DNA of 29,783 nt from Nitrososphaeraceae archaeon (lineage in GTDB: Archaea > Thermoproteota > Nitrososphaeria > Nitrososphaerales > Nitrososphaeraceae), in NCBI GenBank assembly GCA_035250975.1, contig DATFEP010000091.1, forward strand, positions 1-29,783, written 5' to 3'. This document shows, piece after piece, positions 1 through 8,888 of the stretch. Under the pieces are notes generated by a model. The model was not told the origin of the DNA, made no database searches, and saw only the letters and a list, made by a program, of their open reading frames with translations. The translations under genes and the position numbers were made by a program. How positions within the stretch are numbered: the first letter of the stretch is position 1; the number at the start of each line of letters is the position of its first letter.

Positions 1-1
1 G

Positions 2-70
2 AACCCGTATGTAGCAGAGATGTACAAGCTAGCATTGGAAGGAAAACTGTACAGCAGATCTATTCCATAG
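2..70 (+). CDS. amoC: Ammonia monooxygenase subunit C, 3' end only (gene starts before the window)
   Basis: Frame from position 2 reads NPYVAEMYKLALEGKLYSRSIP-TAG, matching the conserved C-terminus of archaeal AmoC as I recall it (..ENPYVAEMYKMALEGKLYSRSIP). Not in the ORF track. Confidence 0.93.
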   Translation, partial: NPYVAEMYKLALEGKLYSRSIP

Positions 71-91
71 AAAATCAAGACTTCAATCCAC

Positions 92-112
92 TCTTTTTTT
101 ATTTTTTTTTGT
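92..112 (+). terminator. Oligo-T archaeal terminator after amoC
   Basis: TCTTTTTTTATTTTTTTTTGT about 20 nt after the amoC stop. Confidence 0.6.
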
Positions 113-197
113 ATTTGTTGTTGTTAGTGTTAAAGTTATTATATTGATAATCTAAAAAATTATTCAGTACAAAGATACCTGAATAAATATTAAATAT

Positions 198-569
198 GTG
201 CATGCGATCTTTCTAACAGGGTTATTGAACCAATGTTATATCTGTGGATCAAAATTTGGTAATATTATATGTGCATACTGTAATCAAAATACATGTTCAT
301 CTTGTTTGATCGAATCGGAAAGAAAATGTAAAAGATGTGCAATCTCTAAAAAACGACCTTCCGGCTTTCTAAGAAGAAACATTCCGTTCATATTGATGAT
401 GGTTGCGGTATGGTTTTTTGTTTCAGGTTTGTATCCTTTTCCGTATTTTTATGCTGTAGGAATGCCAGTTGATGAGGCAATAATGAAACCGGTTCTCATA
501 GCTACGGCCATTTTTATGATTCCTTTCATATTTATAATGATTGCATGGAGAAAAAGACCGCCGTATTAA
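198..569 (+). CDS. Small membrane protein with N-terminal Cys-rich Zn-binding domain and two TM helices
   Basis: Four CxxC pairs (CYIC, CAYC, CSSC, CKRC), then two hydrophobic segments. Start uncertain (GTG 198 or TTG near 225). Confidence 0.75.
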   Translation: MHAIFLTGLLNQCYICGSKFGNIICAYCNQNTCSSCLIESERKCKRCAISKKRPSGFLRRNIPFILMMVAVWFFVSGLYPFPYFYAVGMPVDEAIMKPVLIATAIFMIPFIFIMIAWRKRPPY

Positions 570-648
570 GAGCACTTCTTAATACATTGTAATATATCCT
601 ACAGTTTTTAAAGATTAAATAAATAAGAAAATCAATTATCTGATAATC

Positions 649-2028
649 TTGCAAAAAGTATTTTTACAATATGATAAAGGTTCAATCATTATATCTGGAC
701 TAGCTCAAATTCCATATACAATATTTGATCCTAGAACTAATCAATTAAGAGCACAAGGATTTTACTATTCAAATATTATCTCGTTTTTACAGCAAAGTGG
801 TATCGAATATGAAGATCGTGTTATGGATATAATTCCAACACCATCTCTTACTATATCTGATTCAAATATTAAACTATCTTTAAGAACATATCAAAAGAAA
901 GCCATAGAAAATTGGGTAAACGCAGACAAAAAAGGATGTATAATTTTACCTACTGGGTCAGGAAAGACAATAATAGCTATCAAGATAATTGAATTAATAA
1001 ACTCTTCAGCTATTATCATTGTACCAACAATAGATCTAATGGATCAGTGGATGAAAGTTCTTTCAATATATTTCAAAAATCTAAAAATAGGAAATATAGG
1101 AGGAGGAAACTCAAATGTTAGTGGTATAACAGTTTCTACATACGATTCTGCATTTCTTAAAGCACATCTAATAGGAAACAAATTTTCTCTACTTGTTTTC
1201 GATGAATTGCATCATCTAGCTGCACCAGGATATAGGACTATTGCAGAGCAATTTGCCTCTCGATATAGATTAGGTCTAACTGCTACTTATGAAAGAGAAG
1301 ATAATCTCCATCTAGAATTTCCAAAGTTAGTTGGAGGTATAGTGTTTCAATCACATGTTAATGATTTAACTAAAGAAAAACACTTGGCATCTTTTGTTGT
1401 AGAACGAAGATTTGTAAAGTTATTACCAGAAGAAAAAATAGAATATAATCAAAATTACGAGTTATATCAAACTCTATTAAAAAAAATTGGGATTAAATTA
1501 CGCGGTCAAATGGGACTGCAAAAGTTAATAATGATTTCAGGAAAAAACAAAGATGCAAGAGAAGCCTTACTTGCTAGGAATAAAGCTTTAGATATTGCTC
1601 TAAACAGTCAGTCCAAGGTGGAAGAATTAAGAAAGATCCTTAATGAAAACCATGGATTAAAAACGATAATATTTACACAACATAATAAATTGGTATATAC
1701 AATCTCTGACAAATTTCTAATTCCATTTATAACTCATAAATCAAGTAAACAGGAAAGAGAAGATACCTTAGATGGTTTTAAAGACAATAGGTATATTGCT
1801 ATAGTAACATCCAAAGTATTAGATGAAGGTGTAGATGTTCCAGAAGCGGAATTGGGTATAATAGTTAGTGGTACTGGTAGTAAAAGGGAGTACATTCAAC
1901 GATTAGGGCGTCTGTTGAGAACTAAACGAGATTCAAATAAAAGAGCGAAATTAATAGAAGTAATTTCTTCTGAAACACAGGAAATTAACACAAGTGCTAG
2001 GAGGAAGCAAGCTCTTAAAAATATTTGA
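649..2028 (+). CDS. xpb: XPB/Rad25 (SSL2-like) superfamily 2 DNA helicase
   Basis: Walker A LPTGSGKT, DELH box, LGLTATYERED, VLDEGVDVP, QRLGRLLR; N-terminal region resembling the archaeal XPB damage-recognition domain. TTG start. Confidence 0.9.
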   Translation: MQKVFLQYDKGSIIISGLAQIPYTIFDPRTNQLRAQGFYYSNIISFLQQSGIEYEDRVMDIIPTPSLTISDSNIKLSLRTYQKKAIENWVNADKKGCIILPTGSGKTIIAIKIIELINSSAIIIVPTIDLMDQWMKVLSIYFKNLKIGNIGGGNSNVSGITVSTYDSAFLKAHLIGNKFSLLVFDELHHLAAPGYRTIAEQFASRYRLGLTATYEREDNLHLEFPKLVGGIVFQSHVNDLTKEKHLASFVVERRFVKLLPEEKIEYNQNYELYQTLLKKIGIKLRGQMGLQKLIMISGKNKDAREALLARNKALDIALNSQSKVEELRKILNENHGLKTIIFTQHNKLVYTISDKFLIPFITHKSSKQEREDTLDGFKDNRYIAIVTSKVLDEGVDVPEAELGIIVSGTGSKREYIQRLGRLLRTKRDSNKRAKLIEVISSETQEINTSARRKQALKNI

Positions 2029-2185
2029 TAAAGTGTAACTATAATTGATAGATAAATTATTTTAAAACACTAAAAATCAAATAAAATATTTAAACAATAT
2101 CTTTATATTACAAATTAACTCAAATCTCATCAAAAAGAATTAAATTAACTCGTTAATATGTTAGATTTTACATAATTATTATAAT

Positions 2186-4456
2186 ATGTCAAATAATAAA
2201 TACATAGAATATAGTAATCTGTCGGAATCAGAAAATTATATAGATCATCCTCTAATCAAAAAAAAATCAATTGATCATCGATTGTATCAAACCAATATTG
2301 TTAATTCGTCACGGGGAAAAAATTCAATGGTCATTCTTCCAACTTCTTTAGGAAAAACAATAATTTCAGCTCTGTTATCTGCGGATGTCCTTTATAATTT
2401 TAAAACTATGAGGGTTCTAGTCATGGCTCCAACGAGACCATTAGTATTACAGCATATGTTCTCGTTTTCTTCTGTACTTAAAATATTAAACAATCAAAAA
2501 ATCTTTGTTACCGGTCAAATTCCACCATCTACAAGAAAGTTGATATGGGATAATAAAAATATCAGATTGATATTTTCAACTCCTGAGATAATAAGAAATG
2601 ATCTTTTTGAAAGCCGTCTATCTCTAGATGATTTTGGATTGGTGGTTTTTGATGAAGCTCATAGAGTAGTGAAAGACTATGCATATACATATATTGCAAA
2701 AAAATATCTAGAACAGTCACTAAATCCAGTCATTCTAGCTATGACTGCAAGTCCTGGATCAGATGGTATCAGAATCGACCAAATCTGTGAACATCTTAGT
2801 ATTGAACATATCGAGTATCGAAATGAAGAGGATTCTGATGTAAAACCATATGTCAATCCAATCGATTTGAGTTGGGAATTAATAGATCTATCATGCGATT
2901 ATAAAAATATTGTACATCTATTTCGCGAAATATTAAAAGAAAAATTAAGATGGTTGGTTTATCGTGGATTAATTCAAAAAAAGAATATTGACTATATATT
3001 TAAAAGTGATTTATTAGAACTTGGAAAAGTTCTCCAACGAAATCTACAATTTTCGGTAACTGAAGAAAAAGGTCAGTTATACTCTGCTTTGTTAAATCAG
3101 TCATCTGCTCTTTCTTTAATGTACTGCATAGAATTAATCGAGAGTCAAGGTCCGTATTCTCTTGAAAATTTTATCAAGAGAATGGAATCTAGTGAGGGAA
3201 AAGCACATTCCATACTCTTAAAAGATCCGAGAATGGATGAAATAAAAAAGAAACTTGTAAATATTTCAGACCATCCAAAAATTAAATACATCATAGATTT
3301 ATTAGATCAAAATAAATTTGTTTCCCATATAAAGGATTCAAATAATACAAATCTTTCATTAGATTCGAATTCTAAAATTTTAATTTTTACTCACTATAGA
3401 GATACAGCTACACATATTGTTGATGTATTAAAACAAAGAAAAATAAGATCTTGTAGATTTGTTGGACAATCGAGCAAAAATAATGATATAGGCATGAAAC
3501 AGGATGAGCAATCCAATGTATTAGATTCATTTAGAAGAGGAGAATTTAATATATTGATAGCTACATCAATTGCAGAAGAGGGACTAGATATCCCTGAAGT
3601 GGATTTAGTTATTTTTTATGAACCTGTTGCAAGTGAAATAAGACATATACAAAGAAAAGGAAGAACTGGCCGAAGGTCAAAAGGTAAAGTTATAATACTT
3701 GCATCAAAAGATTCTGTCGATATGCATTTACTATATGCAAGTAAAAGACGCATAGAGAAAATGAGAAATATATTCAATACAAAAAAAACCTCACTAAAAC
3801 CAATGAAACGAAGTCAAATATCCTCAACTCCATTAACTAAAAAAGAATTAGAATCACTTGAAGAATTACTTGAAAAAGAAAAAACTAATTTAGGTACTGA
3901 AGACTATGATTTCAAATTACAAAATTACAACTTATTAGCAAAAATGAAAGAAAATAAATTTGATGACAAATATTTATACAATAAACAATCAAGATTTGAT
4001 CGAACTATTAATCCAAAAAATAAATCTAAAAATAATAATAAATTGATAGATAAAACAATTAGAAATATTTATGAATTGTTGGTAAAAGAGAAAATAAATA
4101 AAAAAACTCAATTTGATCTAAGATATTTGTCCGATCATTTTTCTATAGACTATAAGATATTGTTAGACGCAATTGATCAACTCCAGAAAGAGCAAATAAT
4201 AACAGTAAAAAATAATTCTATTATTTTTAATAAGATACCAAATTCTAAAGAACAAAAATATATGATCTATGTTGAAAAAATATTGCCAGGGAAAGCATCT
4301 GTCCTGGTAAACGGAAGATGGCATGCTGTATTAAATTATTATGATTATGACGGGCCACGTAATATTTTGAAAAAAGGTTCCGAATTTATGGCAAGAGCAG
4401 ATCTTTATAATAATGAAGGATCATTTTGTATTAGAATAAAAGAAGTAATTCTGTAG
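2186..4456 (+). CDS. Hef/FANCM/Mph1-family DEAH helicase with an atypical C-terminal extension
   Basis: RLYQ, LPTSLGKT, APTRPLVLQH, DEAHR, AMTASPG, FVGQ, ATSIAEEGLDIP, QRKGRTGR. No ERKxxxD ERCC4 nuclease motif seen. Confidence 0.88.
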   Translation: MSNNKYIEYSNLSESENYIDHPLIKKKSIDHRLYQTNIVNSSRGKNSMVILPTSLGKTIISALLSADVLYNFKTMRVLVMAPTRPLVLQHMFSFSSVLKILNNQKIFVTGQIPPSTRKLIWDNKNIRLIFSTPEIIRNDLFESRLSLDDFGLVVFDEAHRVVKDYAYTYIAKKYLEQSLNPVILAMTASPGSDGIRIDQICEHLSIEHIEYRNEEDSDVKPYVNPIDLSWELIDLSCDYKNIVHLFREILKEKLRWLVYRGLIQKKNIDYIFKSDLLELGKVLQRNLQFSVTEEKGQLYSALLNQSSALSLMYCIELIESQGPYSLENFIKRMESSEGKAHSILLKDPRMDEIKKKLVNISDHPKIKYIIDLLDQNKFVSHIKDSNNTNLSLDSNSKILIFTHYRDTATHIVDVLKQRKIRSCRFVGQSSKNNDIGMKQDEQSNVLDSFRRGEFNILIATSIAEEGLDIPEVDLVIFYEPVASEIRHIQRKGRTGRRSKGKVIILASKDSVDMHLLYASKRRIEKMRNIFNTKKTSLKPMKRSQISSTPLTKKELESLEELLEKEKTNLGTEDYDFKLQNYNLLAKMKENKFDDKYLYNKQSRFDRTINPKNKSKNNNKLIDKTIRNIYELLVKEKINKKTQFDLRYLSDHFSIDYKILLDAIDQLQKEQIITVKNNSIIFNKIPNSKEQKYMIYVEKILPGKASVLVNGRWHAVLNYYDYDGPRNILKKGSEFMARADLYNNEGSFCIRIKEVIL

Positions 4457-4607
4457 ATCTTGGTATATTATAATGTCCTTAGTAAATATTATAAAATGAT
4501 TTTTATATTATTTATTGAAGATTTCATTATTGATAAACGACATATATATCTTATGTGTATCAAAAAATTTTGAATTTTAATGCTTCTACTAATGAAAGAA
4601 TATCTTT

Positions 4608-5459
4608 CTAGGAAACAATAATGCCTTTAAATTTATCAGATATTTCACTTTGTGTCAAGTTAGAACCAACTGCCGTGATTTTAGCATTTATTGAATATTC
4701 TCCATCTGGATTATTACTTCTAACATGATATGCTCCTATAATAGGATCGTTAAAATCTGGACCATATACCAAGATATCATCAAGATTGCTTGAAATAAGT
4801 TCGATCTGAAGATCGTTTCCTAGGGCAACAAAGGTCTTTGAAAAAATTGTCTTTAACTTCTTGTCATCATGCAAGGTAATATTGTAACTTAATGGCACAG
4901 TTTTTTCAAAGTTAATGGAAGTTGGTTGGAAATCTAGTAAAATTCTATCATTTTTGGTAGCATTAAAAACCCAATCGTATTGAGAATTATCCATTAAACC
5001 CATGTCAGATCCAGAATTCAATTTTATGTTATTACCTTCCTTAAAAGAATCACTTACATAAATAGAACCTATCATCCAAGGATGAATCTCACAATGATAT
5101 GCAACTCTTCCCAGCGTATCAAAAGTATATTGCAATGAACCAGAATAAGGTATAATACCTGAATTGAACATTTTTCCTGAATTCGGTGATCCTGGCGCCC
5201 CGCTAGTTACAGTATGTATTGCTTCTGGATCGTAATTAAACCATGCTACAGTAGTCCCCACTGGTATGGCGATATTTAGGGGATAAAAATGTTGAAATTT
5301 GTAACTAATACCCGAACCTGTGGTTATATCCACCACATAGGTAGGCAGTACCTTGTGGGAGGTTGGAGGTGGGACCGTTCCCAGTTCTCCGAATATCTCT
5401 CCATTTGATAAGAATAAGCTACAGATGATTCCTAAAAATAGAAATAAAAATATTGTCAA
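4608..5459 (-). CDS. Exported blue-copper (plastocyanin/azurin-like cupredoxin) domain protein
   Basis: Hydrophobic N-terminus; type-1 Cu ligands in IHTVTSG and YHCEIHPWM; extra C-terminal domain of about 145 aa. Confidence 0.88.
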   Translation of the reverse strand: MTIFLFLFLGIICSLFLSNGEIFGELGTVPPPTSHKVLPTYVVDITTGSGISYKFQHFYPLNIAIPVGTTVAWFNYDPEAIHTVTSGAPGSPNSGKMFNSGIIPYSGSLQYTFDTLGRVAYHCEIHPWMIGSIYVSDSFKEGNNIKLNSGSDMGLMDNSQYDWVFNATKNDRILLDFQPTSINFEKTVPLSYNITLHDDKKLKTIFSKTFVALGNDLQIELISSNLDDILVYGPDFNDPIIGAYHVRSNNPDGEYSINAKITAVGSNLTQSEISDKFKGIIVS

Positions 5460-5597
5460 TAAATAAACTTGTCTCTAGGTCTTAATATCAAGTATGTTTA
5501 CACTATATTCATTTGCAATCATCTGCAACGTCTGTAATAGTGATTCTAGGAGAAGAAATATTATTTAAAATACAAAGGAGATTAGATATCTATCAAA

Positions 5598-5628
5598 CTT
5601 GAACTTCTAGAATCTTGAACTTCTAGAA
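5598..5628. repeat. Tandem duplication CTTGAACTTCTAGAA x2 (16-bp period)
   Basis: Copies at 5598-5612 and 5614-5628, upstream of the cupredoxin gene. Confidence 0.8.
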
Positions 5629-6096
5629 GAATAAATAACCTTCATAATTCCATAAATTATATTTGATTAAAATCAATTCAATAAATTCAAAAATAGAATA
5701 AAAATGTCTTAAAATGATAAGTGTTATGTCACTTTGGTCACAATAAATTTTAAATGAGAATTTGTTATTACCAAAATATATTCAGTAATTTTAACGAAAA
5801 AAGGATTATTATTGTTTTTAACAAATGGTTTTGGATATGTCAGTTAGGGAAACAATATGAAGAACACAATTATTACATTAACTGCACTATTAGGATCATA
5901 TTCATATAAATCTTGATTGCATAAAGTTACATTCTATACTTTTTTTATTTGGAGTAAGTTTGGCTAATCTTACGTATCAATTCTCAATGTAGTTTCCTAT
6001 TTTTTGCATAAATAGCTTTAACTTTGTATTATATATTTTGCTACAAACTAATATGAGTCATTAAAGAATTGATGTAGCAAATAAATTCTAGACAAT

Positions 6097-6110
6097 GTTC
6101 TAAAACGTAA
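6097..6110 (+). repeat. Left att-like direct repeat GTTCTAAAACGTAA
   Basis: Identical to 11174-11187; similarity continues imperfectly (AGTTTGTCAC vs GTTTCAC). Confidence 0.8.
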
Positions 6111-6197
6111 AGTTTGTCACGTAAATATGTACCCCTAACACAAGTAAATAGACATAAAATGATATAATAATTTTATTGGTATTTTAAGTTCACAATT

Positions 6198-6207
6198 CTT
6201 ATAAATA
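6198..6207 (+). promoter_or_regulatory. TATA box for the leaderless RHH gene at 6233
   Basis: CTTATAAATA ending about 26 nt before the TTG start. Confidence 0.45.
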
Positions 6208-6232
6208 AGAGTATTGTTTTTATTTTCAAACA

Positions 6233-6391
6233 TTGAACAACAAATATGTTTTTAATAATTTGGCATTAAAACCGCATGTTTATGAACGAGTTAAAAAACG
6301 TGGAATATTCGGAGAATCCTTTTCAGACATAATAGAAAAAATGTTGGATAAATTAGAAGGTATAGAACTGGAGACTGAATTACAAATATGA
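6233..6391 (+). CDS. Small RHH/CopG-like or antitoxin-like DNA-binding protein (52 aa)
   Basis: Manual translation from TTG: MNNKYVFNNLALKPHVYERVKKRGIFGESFSDIIEKMLDKLEGIELETELQI. Strand-helix-GESFSDII-helix pattern typical of archaeal RHH proteins. Not in the ORF track. Confidence 0.75.
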   Translation: MNNKYVFNNLALKPHVYERVKKRGIFGESFSDIIEKMLDKLEGIELETELQI

Positions 6392-6406
6392 TAATAATAG
6401 TAGAAG

Positions 6407-6505
6407 GCTTGGCCTGTCCGATAACCAGCCAAGCAAGAATCGTAATCCCCGCAGACTACGACAGACGAACGACGGACACCACAGCAACCAACCCGTTCAG
6501 GAGGT
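6407..6505 (+). promoter_or_regulatory. GC-rich structured region (three hairpins) ending in Shine-Dalgarno AGGAGGT
   Basis: Stems GCTTGGC/GCCAAGC (6407-6434), TCGTAATC/GACTACGA (6440-6461), GAACG/CGTTC (6467-6498); AGGAGGT at 6499-6505, ATG at 6516. Confidence 0.5.
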
Positions 6506-6515
6506 TATCTGATAG

Positions 6516-6617
6516 ATGAACAGTGCGAATTTTTATCTAACAAGTCTTTGTACGTCATTTTACATCATGCGAGAATTAGGCATGAAGAAATTTGCAAAAT
6601 ATACAAAAATTTCGTAA
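6516..6617 (+). CDS. Possible 33-aa peptide or stub of a truncated gene
   Basis: MNSANFYLTSLCTSFYIMRELGMKKFAKYTKIS, with a strong SD 10 nt upstream. Confidence 0.3.
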   Translation: MNSANFYLTSLCTSFYIMRELGMKKFAKYTKIS

Positions 6618-6627
6618 ATAATCATCA

Positions 6628-6741
6628 TTATGCTATCATCTCATTCTGCAGTATCTGGAATCGACAAACTGACATTATATTCTGTGATTTTCCCATACTA
6701 TCATAAAAATCCAGTAGTCTTCTGATAATATCATCAAGATT
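6628..6741 (-). pseudogene. Remnant of an RHH-like paralog
   Basis: Reads DDIIRRLLDFYDSMGK..., resembling TYDDIIIKILDFYEEK in 7040..7255; no intact 5' part. Confidence 0.5.
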
Positions 6742-6776
6742 CCTACATTAGAGAAACCGGATAATAAAAACTACAA

Positions 6777-6795
6777 AGGTTATACGTTATAACCT
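6777..6795. promoter_or_regulatory. Inverted repeat AGGTTATA-cgt-TATAACCT (candidate operator)
   Basis: Perfect 8-bp arms; another half-site AGGTTATA at 6883-6890. Confidence 0.4.
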
Positions 6796-7039
6796 ACTTT
6801 TTATTTATTTACTACTGTTCAAACACTTACAATTATTTTCTTCGTGAAAGTTATCCACTAAATGGGCGTGAAGATTCTCCATAGGTTATATCATACACTT
6901 CTTTTTTTCTCTCTGCTTTAGATTTAATAAGGTTAGTGCCGCAAAAATACATTATAGAGATTTTAGTGTTAACTATAATATACCATTACAGTTAAGTGTT
7001 AGTATTTAAGTGTTCAAGGATAGAGAACTTTTTGGGTAA

Positions 7040-7255
7040 CTAATAATAAGACTTATCTTGATTTTTTTCTTCGTAGAAGTCTAATATCTTGATAATTATG
7101 TCGTCATAGGTAGTAACTTTATTATTGCGTAAGTCTTCTGGTCCGTAGTGAAATTCATTAAAATGATTCCTTAATCTCTGGTATGTCTGTTCGTTTAATT
7201 GAATAACCCTAACCTGGTGCACTTTATGAAGACTATCTAGTTTTCTGGTTCCCAT
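7040..7255 (-). CDS. RHH-like small DNA-binding protein
   Basis: VRVIQLNEQTYQRL ... TYDDIIIKILDFYE: strand-helix-helix pattern with an insertion between the helices. Confidence 0.7.
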   Translation of the reverse strand: MGTRKLDSLHKVHQVRVIQLNEQTYQRLRNHFNEFHYGPEDLRNNKVTTYDDIIIKILDFYEEKNQDKSYY

Positions 7256-7452
7256 AACATAACAACGATTGAAATAAGAAAAGGTTAGGATAAATATTTT
7301 TAGTTACTTGCTGCAGTACTAGGATTTCACTTTGTACCTTAACATGATTTTCTATTGTTTTTATTGTCAATAATTCAGAATGATAGAATATTATAATTTT
7401 AGATAATGTTCCTTCCAACCTTAGATATATTAAAATCGTATTCAACAATGTA

Positions 7453-7947
7453 ATGAGCAACAAAAAGATAATGTTTGCTTCTATACTGGGAGCAATACTA
7501 GCAACAGGCTTACTGGCTCTAAACCCATCAACGATTACAAACGCACAGGCAGTACCATACGGTACAGATTATGACAATAGATATTCCTACGGTGATCAAT
7601 ACGGGGACCAGTACGATAACAGCAGATACAACGATAATAGATATGGATATGATAACTATGATAATAGTTATTATCCTGAACCTAAAAAAGATAAAAAGAT
7701 TGGAAATCAGCAAGAAATAAAATGTTTCAATAAGAACCTTAACGTAAACGGTATAGATATCAACCAGATACCTCAAGACCCTACTCCCTGGCTAGCAGCA
7801 AATGAAGGAGGAACAGCAGACGCAGCAAATACAGAAAATGGTAACGGATTTGGAGATAGAATAAACTTCGAAAAGAATCTAGTAAATATATGCGTCAACC
7901 TCAACTTTAACAACCAAGAAAGAATACCTTTTGATATCATATCATAG
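7453..7947 (+). CDS. Secreted protein with Tyr/Asp/Gly/Asn low-complexity repeats and a Cys-bracketed C-terminal domain
   Basis: Signal peptide ending near AQA; YGDQYGDQYDNSRYNDNRYGYDNYDNSYY; KCFNKNLNVNG...NICVNLN. T-tract at about 7962-7976 follows. Confidence 0.8.
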   Translation: MSNKKIMFASILGAILATGLLALNPSTITNAQAVPYGTDYDNRYSYGDQYGDQYDNSRYNDNRYGYDNYDNSYYPEPKKDKKIGNQQEIKCFNKNLNVNGIDINQIPQDPTPWLAANEGGTADAANTENGNGFGDRINFEKNLVNICVNLNFNNQERIPFDIIS

Positions 7948-8067
7948 GACTAAATTTATCTATCTTTCTTTTTTTTGTTAATTATTTAATTCATTCCTCT
8001 AGAAACATTACTACTCCCAGCAATAACGTAAGTCGCAGAAGATTTTGTCTTGATTTATTATATACAA

Positions 8068-8547
8068 TTATGCTGCGACACTACTACCACTTGGAATATA
8101 GGTACCAGCAGCACTATTAGAAGTAGAAGATTTGTTTCTGATAAACTCGAACTTTCTTTTTACTTCGTCCCTCTTACCTTCCGGAACTTCATAGTAAACC
8201 AACAAGTCAAGTAATCCCGTTCTAGTATCTCTATCCCTCTGGGAACCGTGTACTTTCCCTCCTGTGTCTATTACAATGTCAGATAATACCTCATATTGTT
8301 TTTGAACCTGTAATATTGAACCCTGCAGTAACTCAAATGAATTAGACATTTTGGGTTTTGGACTCCAGGGTTTTTTATTATAATATGTAGAAGTTGTACT
8401 AGTTGGTTTGTTCGTGGAAACTCTATTAGGACATACATGCTTTTTCTGTCCAAGTATTTCCCAGTATTCACTTACCGAAGTATTCCAATAAATCCTGGTA
8501 TTACACCCATAACCGCATACTTTAGGATAAATGTTATTTGGACTCAA
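8068..8547 (-). CDS. Hypothetical protein with N-terminal Zn-ribbon-like motif
   Basis: CGYGC-x-IYW ... KKHVC, then a Thr/Pro linker and a small alpha/beta domain. TTG start. Confidence 0.7.
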   Translation of the reverse strand: MSPNNIYPKVCGYGCNTRIYWNTSVSEYWEILGQKKHVCPNRVSTNKPTSTTSTYYNKKPWSPKPKMSNSFELLQGSILQVQKQYEVLSDIVIDTGGKVHGSQRDRDTRTGLLDLLVYYEVPEGKRDEVKRKFEFIRNKSSTSNSAAGTYIPSGSSVAA

Positions 8548-8690
8548 TTTATTTAATTTAAATTAATTTCTCTCGTAGTCTTATTCGAAATTTCTGGTAT
8601 TCTTCTTTAGTAACAATCCTGTTCTTGACAAGATATTGCGTTTCTTCTTCATTTCTTCTTGATTATCTCTTATTATTTCTGCAATAAGTT

Positions 8691-8888
8691 TCAAAATATC
8701 TTCCTTTGTGAACGATCACGTCTAATGTATTCACCATTACCATTAAAAACATCATCTCTAGAACGTGCTATCCATATCCAACGTCCTTTTTCATCAGCAT
8801 ACACTCTTTTTTTATACTCATTATCGTTGTCGTCATGGACGATTATTTCAAACAAATTCTCATGATCATCATCAATATCGTCTGTCAT
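8691..8888 (-). CDS. Small acidic hypothetical protein, translationally coupled to the upstream RHH gene
   Basis: ATG at 8888 overlaps the RHH stop codon (ATGA); MTDDIDDDHENLFEIIVHDD... Confidence 0.55.
   Translation of the reverse strand: MTDDIDDDHENLFEIIVHDDNDNEYKKRVYADEKGRWIWIARSRDDVFNGNGEYIRRDRSQRKIF

Noticed and set aside
7233-7776. Minus-strand ORFs 7233..7463 and 7528..7776
   Set aside because: One spans the divergent promoter region; the other is the antisense shadow of the repeat-rich secreted gene.
8271-8865. ORFs 8271..8471(-) and 8659..8865(+)
   Set aside because: Alternative-frame or antisense overlaps of better-supported ORFs.
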